Below are positions 20,009-30,410 of a stretch of 64,000 nucleotides of DNA, piece after piece. This DNA comes from a virus (taxonomy: Duplodnaviria; Caudoviricetes). The notes under the pieces were generated by a model. It made no database searches and was not told the origin of the DNA. It saw only the letters and a program-made list of their open reading frames with translations. The position numbers were made by a program, and so were the translations under genes. The stretch spans positions 1,232-65,231 of the IMG/VR virus record IMGVR_UViG_3300035208_001037. The stretch is one strand, 5' to 3'. The number at the start of each line of letters is the position of its first letter. The stretch's first letter is position 1.

Positions 20009-20036
20009 AATATAAATATTTTAAAATTTATGTCAA
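20009..20036 (-). promoter_or_regulatory. Early-type promoter TTGACA-N16-TATATT (overlaps an ATATTTAT motif)
   Basis: Plus-strand TGTCAA 20031-20036 and AATATA 20009-20014. Confidence 0.55.
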
Positions 20037-20043
20037 TAGGTCA

Positions 20044-21447
20044 TTATTTATATTTTACAACACTTACAATATCAAAATTAATGGTTCCTTTAGAAATTGT
20101 AACCTCATTATTTGATATCGCTTTAATATCTAAATAATATGTTTGTGGTATTAAACTATCGGTATCTAATAAAAAATAATTACCGTAAGGTGTTCTATGC
20201 ACATCAGCGTAATCAATAACAGTTACCTCACCTTTACCTTCTTTAACATATAATCTATATTGTAATGTATCTAATAATTGTTGTTGGTCTATAGTGTATG
20301 GTATTCTAGCAGATATTCCAATTCTTCTAATATCACCACGGACAATTCTTTCATCTTTTTTAACACCAGTTATAGAAAAACCAAATCTAGTAGGTAATTC
20401 GTCATTATCACCAATATTATAATAACAACTACTATCTTTTAATATAAAATCCAATTCTACATCTGGTCTATTAAGACCATTAATAGTTAATCCGGTCCAC
20501 GTATCTGTAAACATTAAATCAGGTGTAATAGCATTTGTTTCAGATAATAATAAATCAACACAATAAACACCTTTAGTTACATGGGTTGTACTTGTTATAG
20601 CTGATACAATATTACCATCACCATCACTTATAATAACACCCGGATTACTATCTAAATTTGTTGGCTTACCACCTAAATTAACATAAAGATATAATTTATT
20701 TGGTTTATCCAAATAGAATTTGTTTCTATCATCAAGAATTTGTTCGTTATATCTGGTTTCAATATAAGGCTCAAAAAATGTTTGCGTGTGCCTAGTAAAA
20801 AAACCAACGTATTGATAATTGTCTGAAGGAGTTTCTTCGAATATTCTAGAGAATGCTAGACCTAAACCATAATTAATAGAGCCACCACTTAAATAATCAT
20901 TTACAACATCTGTGATATCTAATTCAATATGTTCATTACCTTTATCAAAATGAATTGTTTGGATTGTAACACCAGAAGCCGTTCCCGAATATGTTCCACT
21001 ACCATCACTCCAATTGGTGTTATTTTGAGCCTCAAACCAATTAGATGCTCTAATTGAAGATGTGTTTGAAACACCACCAATAAATTTAGCTTGTAAATAA
21101 TCATAACCAGTGCCCTCATCCCAACTTTGGTTAACTCGAAATAAACTCAAATCAAATGAACTGGCCCTATCTTTACCATCAGATGTTTCTTGATTTAATA
21201 GTTCTTTATCAAACGCACTAGTATTTGTTATATTTAAAGTATGTGTCATTTTACTTAAATCGGGCATTGTACCACCCGTATAGAAATTTTTCATTCTAGA
21301 TTCATCAAAATAGAATAACAGTCTACTATATTTAGTGTTTTCAGCATCACCACCATAAAATAATTCAGCAACTGGGTTTAAACCAGTATTTGTAAAATCA
21401 TTATATTGGATAGTATTATTTTTATCGAAGAAGGTTCTAATTATCAT
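20044..21447 (-). CDS. Putative virion structural protein (beta-rich, Ig-like C-terminus)
   Basis: 467 aa, beta-rich; ELDITDVVNDY..G..NYGLGL; late motif upstream. Confidence 0.65.
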   Translation of the reverse strand: MIIRTFFDKNNTIQYNDFTNTGLNPVAELFYGGDAENTKYSRLLFYFDESRMKNFYTGGTMPDLSKMTHTLNITNTSAFDKELLNQETSDGKDRASSFDLSLFRVNQSWDEGTGYDYLQAKFIGGVSNTSSIRASNWFEAQNNTNWSDGSGTYSGTASGVTIQTIHFDKGNEHIELDITDVVNDYLSGGSINYGLGLAFSRIFEETPSDNYQYVGFFTRHTQTFFEPYIETRYNEQILDDRNKFYLDKPNKLYLYVNLGGKPTNLDSNPGVIISDGDGNIVSAITSTTHVTKGVYCVDLLLSETNAITPDLMFTDTWTGLTINGLNRPDVELDFILKDSSCYYNIGDNDELPTRFGFSITGVKKDERIVRGDIRRIGISARIPYTIDQQQLLDTLQYRLYVKEGKGEVTVIDYADVHRTPYGNYFLLDTDSLIPQTYYLDIKAISNNEVTISKGTINFDIVSVVKYK

Positions 21448-21482
21448 AATATTCTTTTTATTATAAATATCAAATTATTTTA

Positions 21483-22385
21483 TTAATTAATACGTATATA
21501 CTGAGATAATAAACTATTTAGATTAAATCTCTGAATATCTTGTAAATTTTGGTCTTGTACTGGAGGTAACCCATGGTATGGGTGTGAGTGGTTAATTATA
21601 AAATTCTTAATCAAACTAATTAACTCAACTAATAATTCACCATAAACCATTGATTGTGTATTTTTTATTATTTTTTCTAATTCAGTATCAGTAATTAAAT
21701 CTGTTTGGTCATCTAATATAAATCTAGGTGTTCCATTATGTGTTAATAAATGAATTCTATCACTAACAACATTTGTAACAGTACCAACAGATTTTTTATC
21801 GGTTGTAAAATTTGCATCATGTTTAATTTGAATATACCCAATATTTTTCTTATTAAATTTAAGGTTATTATTAGTTTCAAATTTACCAGCCCTAAGTAGA
21901 ATTTCACGTTCTTTAAATATAATATCAGAATTATCACGGCCTTGTATAGCAAAATATTTTTTATCTGGGTAAACACCCTTAGCATCAGGTAATGTAGATG
22001 GAGCTTTTTCTGGTGATAACACACCAGAGCTCAATAATGATGCGGATGAATAATAATGTGGGTCAAACTTAAGTTTTTGTGGTTGTGAAATAATAGGCCC
22101 GATATACATCCTATTATCATATTTATTATCCTCTGTAACTAGAAAAACAAAAACAGATTCACCAACCGCTGGTATTAAATTAATAAATTTTGGCAATAAT
22201 GGAAACGCATATGGTAAATCAGTATCAGAAATTTTATCATCGATACCTTTTATACGAACTTTAATTCTATTACCATCATATTCATCAGTAATACTAACAA
22301 CTTTACCGGTTGGTATGTTGTCAAATTTAGTACTACCATCGAATGGATTAGAACCACCGTAATTATGTTTATTAGCTATAGTCAT
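21483..22385 (-). CDS. Baseplate hub/spike protein with gp5-like N-terminal OB fold
   Basis: GKVVSITDEYDGNRIKVRI...LPYAFPL...PAVGESVFV; C-terminal HSHPYHG. Confidence 0.8.
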   Translation of the reverse strand: MTIANKHNYGGSNPFDGSTKFDNIPTGKVVSITDEYDGNRIKVRIKGIDDKISDTDLPYAFPLLPKFINLIPAVGESVFVFLVTEDNKYDNRMYIGPIISQPQKLKFDPHYYSSASLLSSGVLSPEKAPSTLPDAKGVYPDKKYFAIQGRDNSDIIFKEREILLRAGKFETNNNLKFNKKNIGYIQIKHDANFTTDKKSVGTVTNVVSDRIHLLTHNGTPRFILDDQTDLITDTELEKIIKNTQSMVYGELLVELISLIKNFIINHSHPYHGLPPVQDQNLQDIQRFNLNSLLSQYIRIN

Positions 22386-22387
22386 TA

Positions 22388-22567
22388 TTATAATTCACCA
22401 TTTAATCGTTTATTTAAAATAGTATGTACTTCATCAAAACGTTTTTCAATCGCTTCTAAAATATCATAATGTTTTAATATCATAGTTTTGGTAGCTTCAT
22501 GGTCTAATTCCATTTGTTTAATTTCCAATAGAAGCTCATTGTTTGTTTTTTCGTTAAAGTTTTCCAT
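22388..22567 (-). CDS. 59-aa coiled-coil protein missed by the ORF track
   Basis: MENFNEKTNNELLLEIKQMELDHEATKTMILKHYDILEAIEKRFDEVHTILNKRLNGEL* exactly fills the gap between neighbours. Confidence 0.75.
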   Translation of the reverse strand: MENFNEKTNNELLLEIKQMELDHEATKTMILKHYDILEAIEKRFDEVHTILNKRLNGEL

Positions 22568-22571
22568 ATAT

Positions 22572-22961
22572 TTATCTTATTACACCAGCACCTTGTCCAT
22601 ATGATGTTGTAGCACCTTGAACTACTACCGGCCCACCAGCGTTTCCACCAACACCAACAATTGGAACACCGGGTGGAACTATTATTTCTATTTTAGCTTC
22701 AGTTATTAACGCATTTACTATTTCTTCAATACGAATCACTTCCATAGCTTCTGATATATTTTTACTACCATCAATCATAGCACCAACAGGTGCACCAGCC
22801 TCACTTTGTCTACTAATAATCCTAGATGCTATATTTCTAGCACTTAAACCTGACCTACTATTTCCACCACTTAATAATAAAGGTGGTGGAAGTGGTGTTA
22901 ATGGTGTGCTAGGCATATTAAAAGCAGACATTACAATATCTATTATTTTTTTAATCTCCAT
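22572..22961 (-). CDS. Hypothetical, probable baseplate-region protein
   Basis: Pro/Gly-rich; PPGVPIVGVGGNAGGPVVVQG. Confidence 0.7.
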   Translation of the reverse strand: MEIKKIIDIVMSAFNMPSTPLTPLPPPLLLSGGNSRSGLSARNIASRIISRQSEAGAPVGAMIDGSKNISEAMEVIRIEEIVNALITEAKIEIIVPPGVPIVGVGGNAGGPVVVQGATTSYGQGAGVIR

Positions 22962-24349
22962 TATAACCCCCTTATAGTTGTTAATAATTGTTGTGGTACA
23001 CCTAGTAAACTTAACATTGATATTACCTTATTTTTGGCAGCTTCTTTTTCTTTATTTACAACTTGTGCTGACGCTAATTTAATTATTTCTTTCACCACAA
23101 TACTTAATAATACATTAGTTAATTCGTTTTTACACTCATTAACGATTGATTTAATTAATACTTTATTATCTTTAATTATTTTTAAAGCATCAGTTGTAGT
23201 ATTCGTATTATCAATTATTTTAGTGTTAATTAATATAATTATAATTAATTTAGGTGTTATAATTGAACTAACTAATGTTTCAGTTAATTCTTTTATAAAA
23301 TTTTTGAAGAAAGATAATTTAACATTTGTTTTATCATTGTCACTAGCATTTACACTTGAAGCATCTGCAATAGTTGTTAACCCATTAGTTATAGCAACTT
23401 TCTTACTTGATTCGGTATTAGCTAACGCAATATTTTCAGAAACACCACTAAGAATGTCTACAGATACTGAACTAACATAATTATTACAATCATATAATAC
23501 TGCAATACCATTACCTCTATTTTTAGCAATTTCTTCAATTTCCCTAACCTTTTCATTGGTGAACGTAAAATAACTATCATCTATGAATGCATCATCGTCA
23601 GAATTAATTAAATTATCAATTACTGATTTAATTTTACCTTCAGTAATTAATTGTTCATCTGTTTTAGATATCGATACTGATATAGAACCGAATAATTTAT
23701 CAACAATATTATTAATAACTTTATGTGCATCGTATAATTTAATACTATCTAAATAATCATTATTTAAATCACCTAACGTTTTATTATTATAATATTGGTT
23801 TATTTTTATTATTAAATCATTGTTATTTGGCGTGATATCTAAGATATCATGATTGGTCATTTGGTTCCCCCAAGATTCTTCATTAGTATCTTGTAATAAT
23901 TCAAATAAAAATGTATCGAAATCACTACTACTTAAACCACTATCAACATCGTCATACATTAATTTACCATTCCTACTTCTTGGGTCAACCTTTAACTTAT
24001 CATAAAAGTCTAAACTTTTAATAGGTATCGTTGTACCAACACTTAAAAATGATGGTATTGTAGGATTTGTACATAAACAAATATTAACATTTAAAATATT
24101 CTTTAAATTGTTTCTAAGTTTAACTTCTAAAACATCCATTTTAGTTGTTAGGAAATCAATTGCAATAGTTTTTAATGATTCAGAACCAATTAATGATGTT
24201 ATAAGTTCAGTTAAAAATTCAACACCATCATTTTTATTATTAATGGCCGGGAATGAATTTTTAAGATTGAATTTAGGGTAACCCTCATTTAATGTTCTTA
24301 AAGCACCTATTTTTCCAAAAATCTTTTGTTTTTCATCTTTGATTGCCAT
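22961..24349 (-). CDS. Hypothetical protein
   Basis: 462-aa ORF coupled to neighbours. Confidence 0.8.
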   Translation of the reverse strand: MAIKDEKQKIFGKIGALRTLNEGYPKFNLKNSFPAINNKNDGVEFLTELITSLIGSESLKTIAIDFLTTKMDVLEVKLRNNLKNILNVNICLCTNPTIPSFLSVGTTIPIKSLDFYDKLKVDPRSRNGKLMYDDVDSGLSSSDFDTFLFELLQDTNEESWGNQMTNHDILDITPNNNDLIIKINQYYNNKTLGDLNNDYLDSIKLYDAHKVINNIVDKLFGSISVSISKTDEQLITEGKIKSVIDNLINSDDDAFIDDSYFTFTNEKVREIEEIAKNRGNGIAVLYDCNNYVSSVSVDILSGVSENIALANTESSKKVAITNGLTTIADASSVNASDNDKTNVKLSFFKNFIKELTETLVSSIITPKLIIIILINTKIIDNTNTTTDALKIIKDNKVLIKSIVNECKNELTNVLLSIVVKEIIKLASAQVVNKEKEAAKNKVISMLSLLGVPQQLLTTIRGL

Positions 24350-24351
24350 TA

Positions 24352-24738
24352 TTACTCTAATTTATAACCAGTGTCAGCTTCTTTTGATTTTTTTAACATA
24401 TCCCTAACGATATCAAAATCTGATATACTCGCACCACCAGAGTTTCCACTAATTGTTTTAGAGACATCACCATTATTTTTCAATATATCGTTTTGTAATT
24501 TAGCTAATTCTAGCTTTATTTTAATAGCTGAGTCTTTAATTTTTAGTGCATTAGTACGTTGATTAGCTAAATTAGTATAATCAACAACATCTTCTGGCTC
24601 CGCAGCATTAGACATTTCATTAATAGTTTTTTGAGCATCTAGTATTTGACCACATGCATCATTATATGTTTCTTGCATTAATGATTCCAAACTACTGGAA
24701 TCATTAACCCTTATCTCTTGTTTTTTCTTACGACTCAT
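24352..24738 (-). CDS. Hypothetical helical protein
   Basis: 128-aa ORF. Confidence 0.75.
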   Translation of the reverse strand: MSRKKKQEIRVNDSSSLESLMQETYNDACGQILDAQKTINEMSNAAEPEDVVDYTNLANQRTNALKIKDSAIKIKLELAKLQNDILKNNGDVSKTISGNSGGASISDFDIVRDMLKKSKEADTGYKLE

Positions 24739-25399
24739 AATATTTATTACCTTTATTTATATTACCTTCATATAACACACCATTAATTTCTCTAGTGGTT
24801 GACCATAATGGTTGTAAATTACTCAAAGCATTTACAATAAATATCGGGGAATTTAAATTAAATTTACTTAATGGTTTAATATGGTCAATATGCCATTCAC
24901 CATAATTATCCCAATTCATTCCTTCAGTAAATAATGATTCTAAATGTTGTTTTAAGTCCAACGCTGAATAACCTAATTCATCAATTGTATGCCCTTCTTT
25001 AGATTTACCCATTCGTTTTAAAGTATGATAAAGAAATAACCACCATTTTAATTCTAATGACTTACTATTATATAATTTTCTATATTCACGTCTTTTATTT
25101 GTTTTTTCAAGATTAGAATAATATTCTAAATTATTTAAATACCACTCTCTTTTCTTATCTTTAACATAATTTATTTTATTATATTCTTTTTGATATTCAG
25201 CTAAAGACTCTTTATTTTCAGACCTATATACTTTAGAATAAATTTTATTTGTGTCATTATTTACTTTACGATATTCTTTCTGTTTTTCTTTATAACAAAT
25301 AATACATTCATTCCTATGACCATATTTAGAACATTTATTTTTAGTAAATAAATTTAATGGTTTAATTTCACCACATTTAATACAGGTTTTAAAAGACAT
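24728..25399 (-). CDS. Free-standing HNH endonuclease with N-terminal Cys4 zinc finger
   Basis: CIKC...CIIC; GMNWDNYGEWHIDHIKP...ALSNLQPLW. Confidence 0.85.
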   Translation of the reverse strand: MSFKTCIKCGEIKPLNLFTKNKCSKYGHRNECIICYKEKQKEYRKVNNDTNKIYSKVYRSENKESLAEYQKEYNKINYVKDKKREWYLNNLEYYSNLEKTNKRREYRKLYNSKSLELKWWLFLYHTLKRMGKSKEGHTIDELGYSALDLKQHLESLFTEGMNWDNYGEWHIDHIKPLSKFNLNSPIFIVNALSNLQPLWSTTREINGVLYEGNINKGNKYYES

Positions 25400-25458
25400 A
25401 TGTGTAAAATTTATTTAATGTTATTACCTTTATAATAAATATTTAGAAAGATAAAAAC

Positions 25459-26232
25459 TTATAATAAACTTTCACCAAGTAAATCTTCCTTCAATAGTAG
25501 ATATAGTTCTTTATATCGTTTCATGGCTGACCTAATATCTTTCGTTGATAAATTCGTACCTTCTCTTAAACTCGATAAAATAGAAATCTTATTGAATTTA
25601 TTACCACCTTCCATATCATTAAAAGTAACTTCCCAACTATTTAAAATCTCAACTAACATTTCACCAACTTTACGTTCATTTTCAGTTAGTTTCTTTTTAT
25701 CAACAGACCTTTTTTTACCTGATATATTATCATCAAATTCACCTTCATCTAATACATCACGTATTGAATCTAAAATCTTTTTAATAAAACTATTTTCACC
25801 TTCCTCTTCAATAGTCATATTATATGACATATCAAGTCTATTGTCAATAGTATCACTTATCTCATCGTAACTAGTTACTTGACGAATATATTTTTCATCT
25901 TTCATTAGTAAACCAAGAATGTAGTGTTTACATATAGTACCGTAATAACTGTAAGCTTTTTTACCCTGTGAGTTATCGAATTTATGGGCCTTTGTCATTA
26001 AAAATGATAAAGTATCATGGTGTAACTCTTCAAATGATATATCTTTGCGGTATAGTTTGTACCTCCTGATAATTGATTCAATCATCTTATCAAGAGGTCC
26101 TTGTAACCACTTATTATATAATTCATTTCTTTCTTTTTGGTCATTAGATTCTAGATAATTAATTACGGCTTGTTCTTCGTCTGGACCGAAATACATCTCT
26201 GTCGTTCTTTTACGTCCTCTTTTTTTAGCCAT
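25459..26232 (-). CDS. Phage sigma factor (T4 gp55-like late sigma)
   Basis: Region-2-like FLMTKAHKFDNSQGKKAYSYYGTICKHY. Confidence 0.75.
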   Translation of the reverse strand: MAKKRGRKRTTEMYFGPDEEQAVINYLESNDQKERNELYNKWLQGPLDKMIESIIRRYKLYRKDISFEELHHDTLSFLMTKAHKFDNSQGKKAYSYYGTICKHYILGLLMKDEKYIRQVTSYDEISDTIDNRLDMSYNMTIEEEGENSFIKKILDSIRDVLDEGEFDDNISGKKRSVDKKKLTENERKVGEMLVEILNSWEVTFNDMEGGNKFNKISILSSLREGTNLSTKDIRSAMKRYKELYLLLKEDLLGESLL

Positions 26233-26240
26233 CGTATTAT

Positions 26241-27053
26241 CTATTTATCATATGTTATAGCTCTATCATAATCAAAATAGTATTCTTTTTTAGCTTGAGC
26301 TAACCACCATTTTGATTCGTCAGGTGTTAAAGTATTTTTATAATCATAAAATAATGAACCTTCTCGTTGGTTTATATGTTTGTAACCAAATTTAGGTAAT
26401 GTCATAATTTTAATATCATTATGGGCTAACCTTAATAAAAACTCGTATATGAAGGTTAATTGTATTTTAGATTTTAAACCACCTAACTCTTTATATGTTT
26501 CAGTGTTCATAACCATACCATCAATATTAAAATTTTGGTATGTTAATAATGAGTTTAAATCTAAGAAACCTAATTCATCACTAAATTGGTTTGCCCAAAC
26601 AGTTTCATTGGTAAAACCAATAAAAGCACCCTCAGCTGTAACGTCAACGATTAAAGGTAAAAATACACCAACTTCAGGGTATGCTGTAATGTATTCAACT
26701 GCATTTTTAAGCCAAATTTTAGAGTATTCGTCATCGATTTCTAAAAAAGAAAAATATTTTGTTGTAACACTGTCAACACCAAAATTCATTTGACTACAAA
26801 AATCAGTCTCAGATGTATTATAAATTATTCTATAAACTAATGTTTGGTCTGGTGTTAATAACGCCATAGTTTCTTTAATACTATCGTTTATAGCAGCCTC
26901 AACGTCAGTTTTATCAATTGGGATGACAAATAGTAATTCGTCAGGTCTAACAATTTGTTGTCCAACACTTTTTATTGCGTTAGTTAATAAATTTTTTGTA
27001 ATATCAGTTATCTCGTGGATAGGAATTATTACCGTTATTTCATTTTTTTTCAT
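26241..27053 (-). CDS. Glycosyltransferase, GT-A/GT2-like
   Basis: ITVIIPIH, FCSQMNFG, FSFLEIDDEY (DxD). Confidence 0.8.
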   Translation of the reverse strand: MKKNEITVIIPIHEITDITKNLLTNAIKSVGQQIVRPDELLFVIPIDKTDVEAAINDSIKETMALLTPDQTLVYRIIYNTSETDFCSQMNFGVDSVTTKYFSFLEIDDEYSKIWLKNAVEYITAYPEVGVFLPLIVDVTAEGAFIGFTNETVWANQFSDELGFLDLNSLLTYQNFNIDGMVMNTETYKELGGLKSKIQLTFIYEFLLRLAHNDIKIMTLPKFGYKHINQREGSLFYDYKNTLTPDESKWWLAQAKKEYYFDYDRAITYDK

Positions 27054-27054
27054 A

Positions 27055-28146
27055 TTATTCTTTATTTTGTGTATTTATTTGCTCTATAATAGCGTTTATT
27101 TCTGCTTTTTTATTATCAATGAATTGAGAATAAACTAACTCTATTTTTTCTTTTTGGATTTCAGTTGTGTATTTACCTTTAGTATCTTCCATACTAGTTA
27201 ATATATTTACTGGTACCGAATCTTCTAACCATACTTTTAAGTATTGTGCTATTAATTCTGGAATATTTAATGTACTGTTAGTCCAAACACCATTATTTTT
27301 AATTGTTAAACTACCATCCTCTTGATTACTACCCATTAACCATTCTGGTATCATTTTAGGAATAACACCAATTACTGGTGTATCACACTCAATTGATTCA
27401 AGTGGGAATGTACCAAACCCAGCTATTTCATCAACCCAAATACTTAAACATGATTCACTTAAAGCTGTGGCAAATTGTTTTTTTGGCATACCTCTTAAAT
27501 CTCTAAAAGTAACCCATTTATACATTGGGTATTGTAGATAAAATGATTTAACGATTTTAATAGCTTCTTTTTGGTCTCTAGTTAATATAGACACAATTGG
27601 TTTTTTAGGTTTATCACTATTTTTAAAATATTCCGGTATTGATACTGGTACAACATGAGTTCTAAGATTTGGAAATAATGACCTAATATATTTAGCTTGT
27701 ACTTCAGATGTTGTTATTACATCTTGAATTCCAAACTGGCCCCATGTAGCACCAATATTTAATAATTCAAAGATATAGTCATATGATTGTGAAAGTACTA
27801 TTTTTTTAGCTGGTAGTTTAGCCCATGATTCCATTACATTAGCAAATACTTCAGGGATAATAATAAAATCATTACGAGTGATTTCATGATTTTGTGCACT
27901 AATAGCGATATGTGGTAATTCAGCATATTCTTTACCTAACCATTCACCAACACCAACATAATCAACATTCTCATGTAATATATAAGCTTTGTAACCTAAA
28001 TCATTCAACACTTTAACATGTTCATATATGTTTGCAATACCACCAGTCGGATTTCCTTTAGTGTCTAAAGTGAAAAAATAAAACCCACATTCTTTGTTGT
28101 TTAATTTTTCAATAGCTTTAGCTGCGTTTTCTTTAATGTTTTCCAT
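27055..28146 (-). CDS. Glycosyltransferase, GT-B-like
   Basis: GGIANIYEHVKVLNDLG; IWVDEIAGFGTFPLESIECDTPVIG. Confidence 0.75.
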   Translation of the reverse strand: MENIKENAAKAIEKLNNKECGFYFFTLDTKGNPTGGIANIYEHVKVLNDLGYKAYILHENVDYVGVGEWLGKEYAELPHIAISAQNHEITRNDFIIIPEVFANVMESWAKLPAKKIVLSQSYDYIFELLNIGATWGQFGIQDVITTSEVQAKYIRSLFPNLRTHVVPVSIPEYFKNSDKPKKPIVSILTRDQKEAIKIVKSFYLQYPMYKWVTFRDLRGMPKKQFATALSESCLSIWVDEIAGFGTFPLESIECDTPVIGVIPKMIPEWLMGSNQEDGSLTIKNNGVWTNSTLNIPELIAQYLKVWLEDSVPVNILTSMEDTKGKYTTEIQKEKIELVYSQFIDNKKAEINAIIEQINTQNKE

Positions 28147-28169
28147 TATTTTTATATTTATTTTTATTA

Positions 28170-28529
28170 TTATAATTCTTTTATTATACCATAAAAGGTT
28201 AGTGTGTTAAACGCTAATTTAAATGGTGTTGATTGTTTTTCAAATCCTTTTTGAGCACCCATACTTTCATCCATTTCTTCATCTGGTGGACCCATTAACA
28301 CTTGTAACATACTATTAATTTGGTCGTATTTCGTAACATCAATTTCTCTAGGTTTATTAAGAACCCTAGTAATTATTTGTGTTGAAGTTATTTTACCGTT
28401 CTCATCTAAAAACTGTATTGTTTCAGTATTAGTTTCAACCCCAGCTTTAAACTCATCTTTATCACCACCAATAGCTTTTTCTATTGCCGATAAATCGATA
28501 TAATAAATTATTTTACCTATTTTTATCAT
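28170..28529 (-). CDS. Hypothetical protein
   Basis: 119-aa ORF. Confidence 0.7.
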   Translation of the reverse strand: MIKIGKIIYYIDLSAIEKAIGGDKDEFKAGVETNTETIQFLDENGKITSTQIITRVLNKPREIDVTKYDQINSMLQVLMGPPDEEMDESMGAQKGFEKQSTPFKLAFNTLTFYGIIKEL

Positions 28530-28533
28530 AGTT

Positions 28534-29130
28534 TTATTTATTAATTTTACTTGTTATTATCTTATTTCTTAATTGGTTATCTAACATAAATTCAAACAAC
28601 GATTTAATTTCAAAATCACTACTTACATTTTCATTATAAGTCGTTTTTACTTTAACTGATACCTTATTTTCCGGTTTACTATTTAAAGCATCTGGATTTG
28701 CTGTTATTAAAATATCCACATCATTCCACTCATCAGCATATGTTTGGACAAATTTAATTGTTTCACACTTACAGGCTGTTTTACTTAAAAAGAAAAGTGT
28801 TGCTGGTATTGCAGTCATAACTTCTCTAGTTATAATAATAATTTCATTACCTTCTAAATCCTTCATATCCATGATGAAAAGATTTAATTGGTTGATTAGA
28901 TTATGTTCTAATTCATCTGCATGACCAAATATCTCCAAAGCGGCATCACGATAAAGAAATTTATTCAACTCTTCCGTAGTTTTAAAAGGGAAATGTTCAA
29001 TTAAATTAAATGATGTTACTGGATTTGATTCAATATCAATGTCATCACCTTCAACATATTTATTATATGTGTATTCAATTTGTCCTATGAAGTCTCTCAA
29101 TACTTCGTTTAATGCTATTCCTACGACCAT
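28534..29130 (-). CDS. 5'(3')-nucleotidase/HAD-fold protein with degenerate motifs
   Basis: GIALNEVLRD in place of IDxDxVL; DILITANP in place of a DD motif. Confidence 0.55.
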   Translation of the reverse strand: MVVGIALNEVLRDFIGQIEYTYNKYVEGDDIDIESNPVTSFNLIEHFPFKTTEELNKFLYRDAALEIFGHADELEHNLINQLNLFIMDMKDLEGNEIIIITREVMTAIPATLFFLSKTACKCETIKFVQTYADEWNDVDILITANPDALNSKPENKVSVKVKTTYNENVSSDFEIKSLFEFMLDNQLRNKIITSKINK

Positions 29131-29255
29131 CTATTCTTATTATTTTTATGATTATTTAATATAAAATAATCATTTATTTCATAAGGTAAATATTGTTATT
29201 AAAGTATTTATCTTTTTATAAATATGTGTATATTTATAAATAAAAATAGAGATTT

Positions 29256-30410
29256 ATGTGGACAAGTAGAGAAGTGCAAAAACTAAAAGAGTTATATTGT
29301 AATAATACCAATATTGATATCAGTATTATATTAAATAAAAGTAAAAGTTCAATCGATAATAAAGGACATTTATTAAACCTTAAAAAGTCGAAAGAACATT
29401 TAACTAACGTATCAAATATTGGTAACAACAATAGAATTAAAAAAGGTGGTAGGGATTTATCTTATAGTGTATTGTTTGAAATAGCTAAACAATATAAAAC
29501 TAAAATAGAATTTATAAATAATGATGGTCCAGCTTATAGTGCGGCTATTAGAAAAGGTATATTAAATGATATATGTTCACATATGTTACCATTGAAATTT
29601 AGCACACCACAATTAATTTTAAGAGAAATATTAGATATAGTATTGAAATCTAATTCATCATATAATAATAGAAAAATAATAAAGCCTTATGAAATAGATA
29701 TATATTACCCTGAATTTAATTTAGGTTTTGAATATCAAGGTGAATATTGGCATAATAATACTGATAAAGATATAAAAAAAAATAATTTATTAAAAGAACG
29801 TGGTATAAACATAATTTATATTTACGAAATTAGTCGGGCCTACGAATCAGATATTAAAAAGCAATTAATAAATTTATTACCAAGTATAAATAAATTAACA
29901 AATAAAAACATAATATCTAACGATATAAATAATTGTTTTATTAATAATGTATATGATAGAATCTATTCAAAAACAGAATTAATTGCGATTGCTAGAGAAT
30001 ATGAATCATTCGTTGAATTTAAGAAATTCGAACTACCTATATATCGTAAATTATTATCTTTGAAATTAGTCGATATTGCAACATCTCATATGTCAGATAA
30101 AATAAAAAGGTCTACATTAACAATTAACGAATTAAAAGAAATAATAAATAAATATAATAATTTAACTGATTTTAGAGTAAATGAATTAAAAAATTATAAA
30201 CATATCTTAAGATTAAAATTAGATTATTTACTTGATGGTTTAAATCGTAAACAAAGTTTTGATATCAAAACCATTGGTGATGAAATAAAAAACTTTACTA
30301 AAAAATGCGATTTTATCAATAATAATAAAAAAATGTATAAATATATTAGAAAAAATGGTTTAACATATATGTTAAACCATTTAATAGATTGTCGTACTAA
30401 AAATTTTTAA
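29256..30410 (+). CDS. Free-standing endonuclease (Vsr/DUF559-like PD-(D/E)xK) with HTH and helical repeats
   Basis: WTSREVQKLKELY; YEIDIYYPEFNLGFEYQGEYWH; repeated AKQYKTKIEF/AREYESFVEF/INKYNNLTDF/IKNFTKKCDF units. Confidence 0.75.
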   Translation: MWTSREVQKLKELYCNNTNIDISIILNKSKSSIDNKGHLLNLKKSKEHLTNVSNIGNNNRIKKGGRDLSYSVLFEIAKQYKTKIEFINNDGPAYSAAIRKGILNDICSHMLPLKFSTPQLILREILDIVLKSNSSYNNRKIIKPYEIDIYYPEFNLGFEYQGEYWHNNTDKDIKKNNLLKERGINIIYIYEISRAYESDIKKQLINLLPSINKLTNKNIISNDINNCFINNVYDRIYSKTELIAIAREYESFVEFKKFELPIYRKLLSLKLVDIATSHMSDKIKRSTLTINELKEIINKYNNLTDFRVNELKNYKHILRLKLDYLLDGLNRKQSFDIKTIGDEIKNFTKKCDFINNNKKMYKYIRKNGLTYMLNHLIDCRTKNF

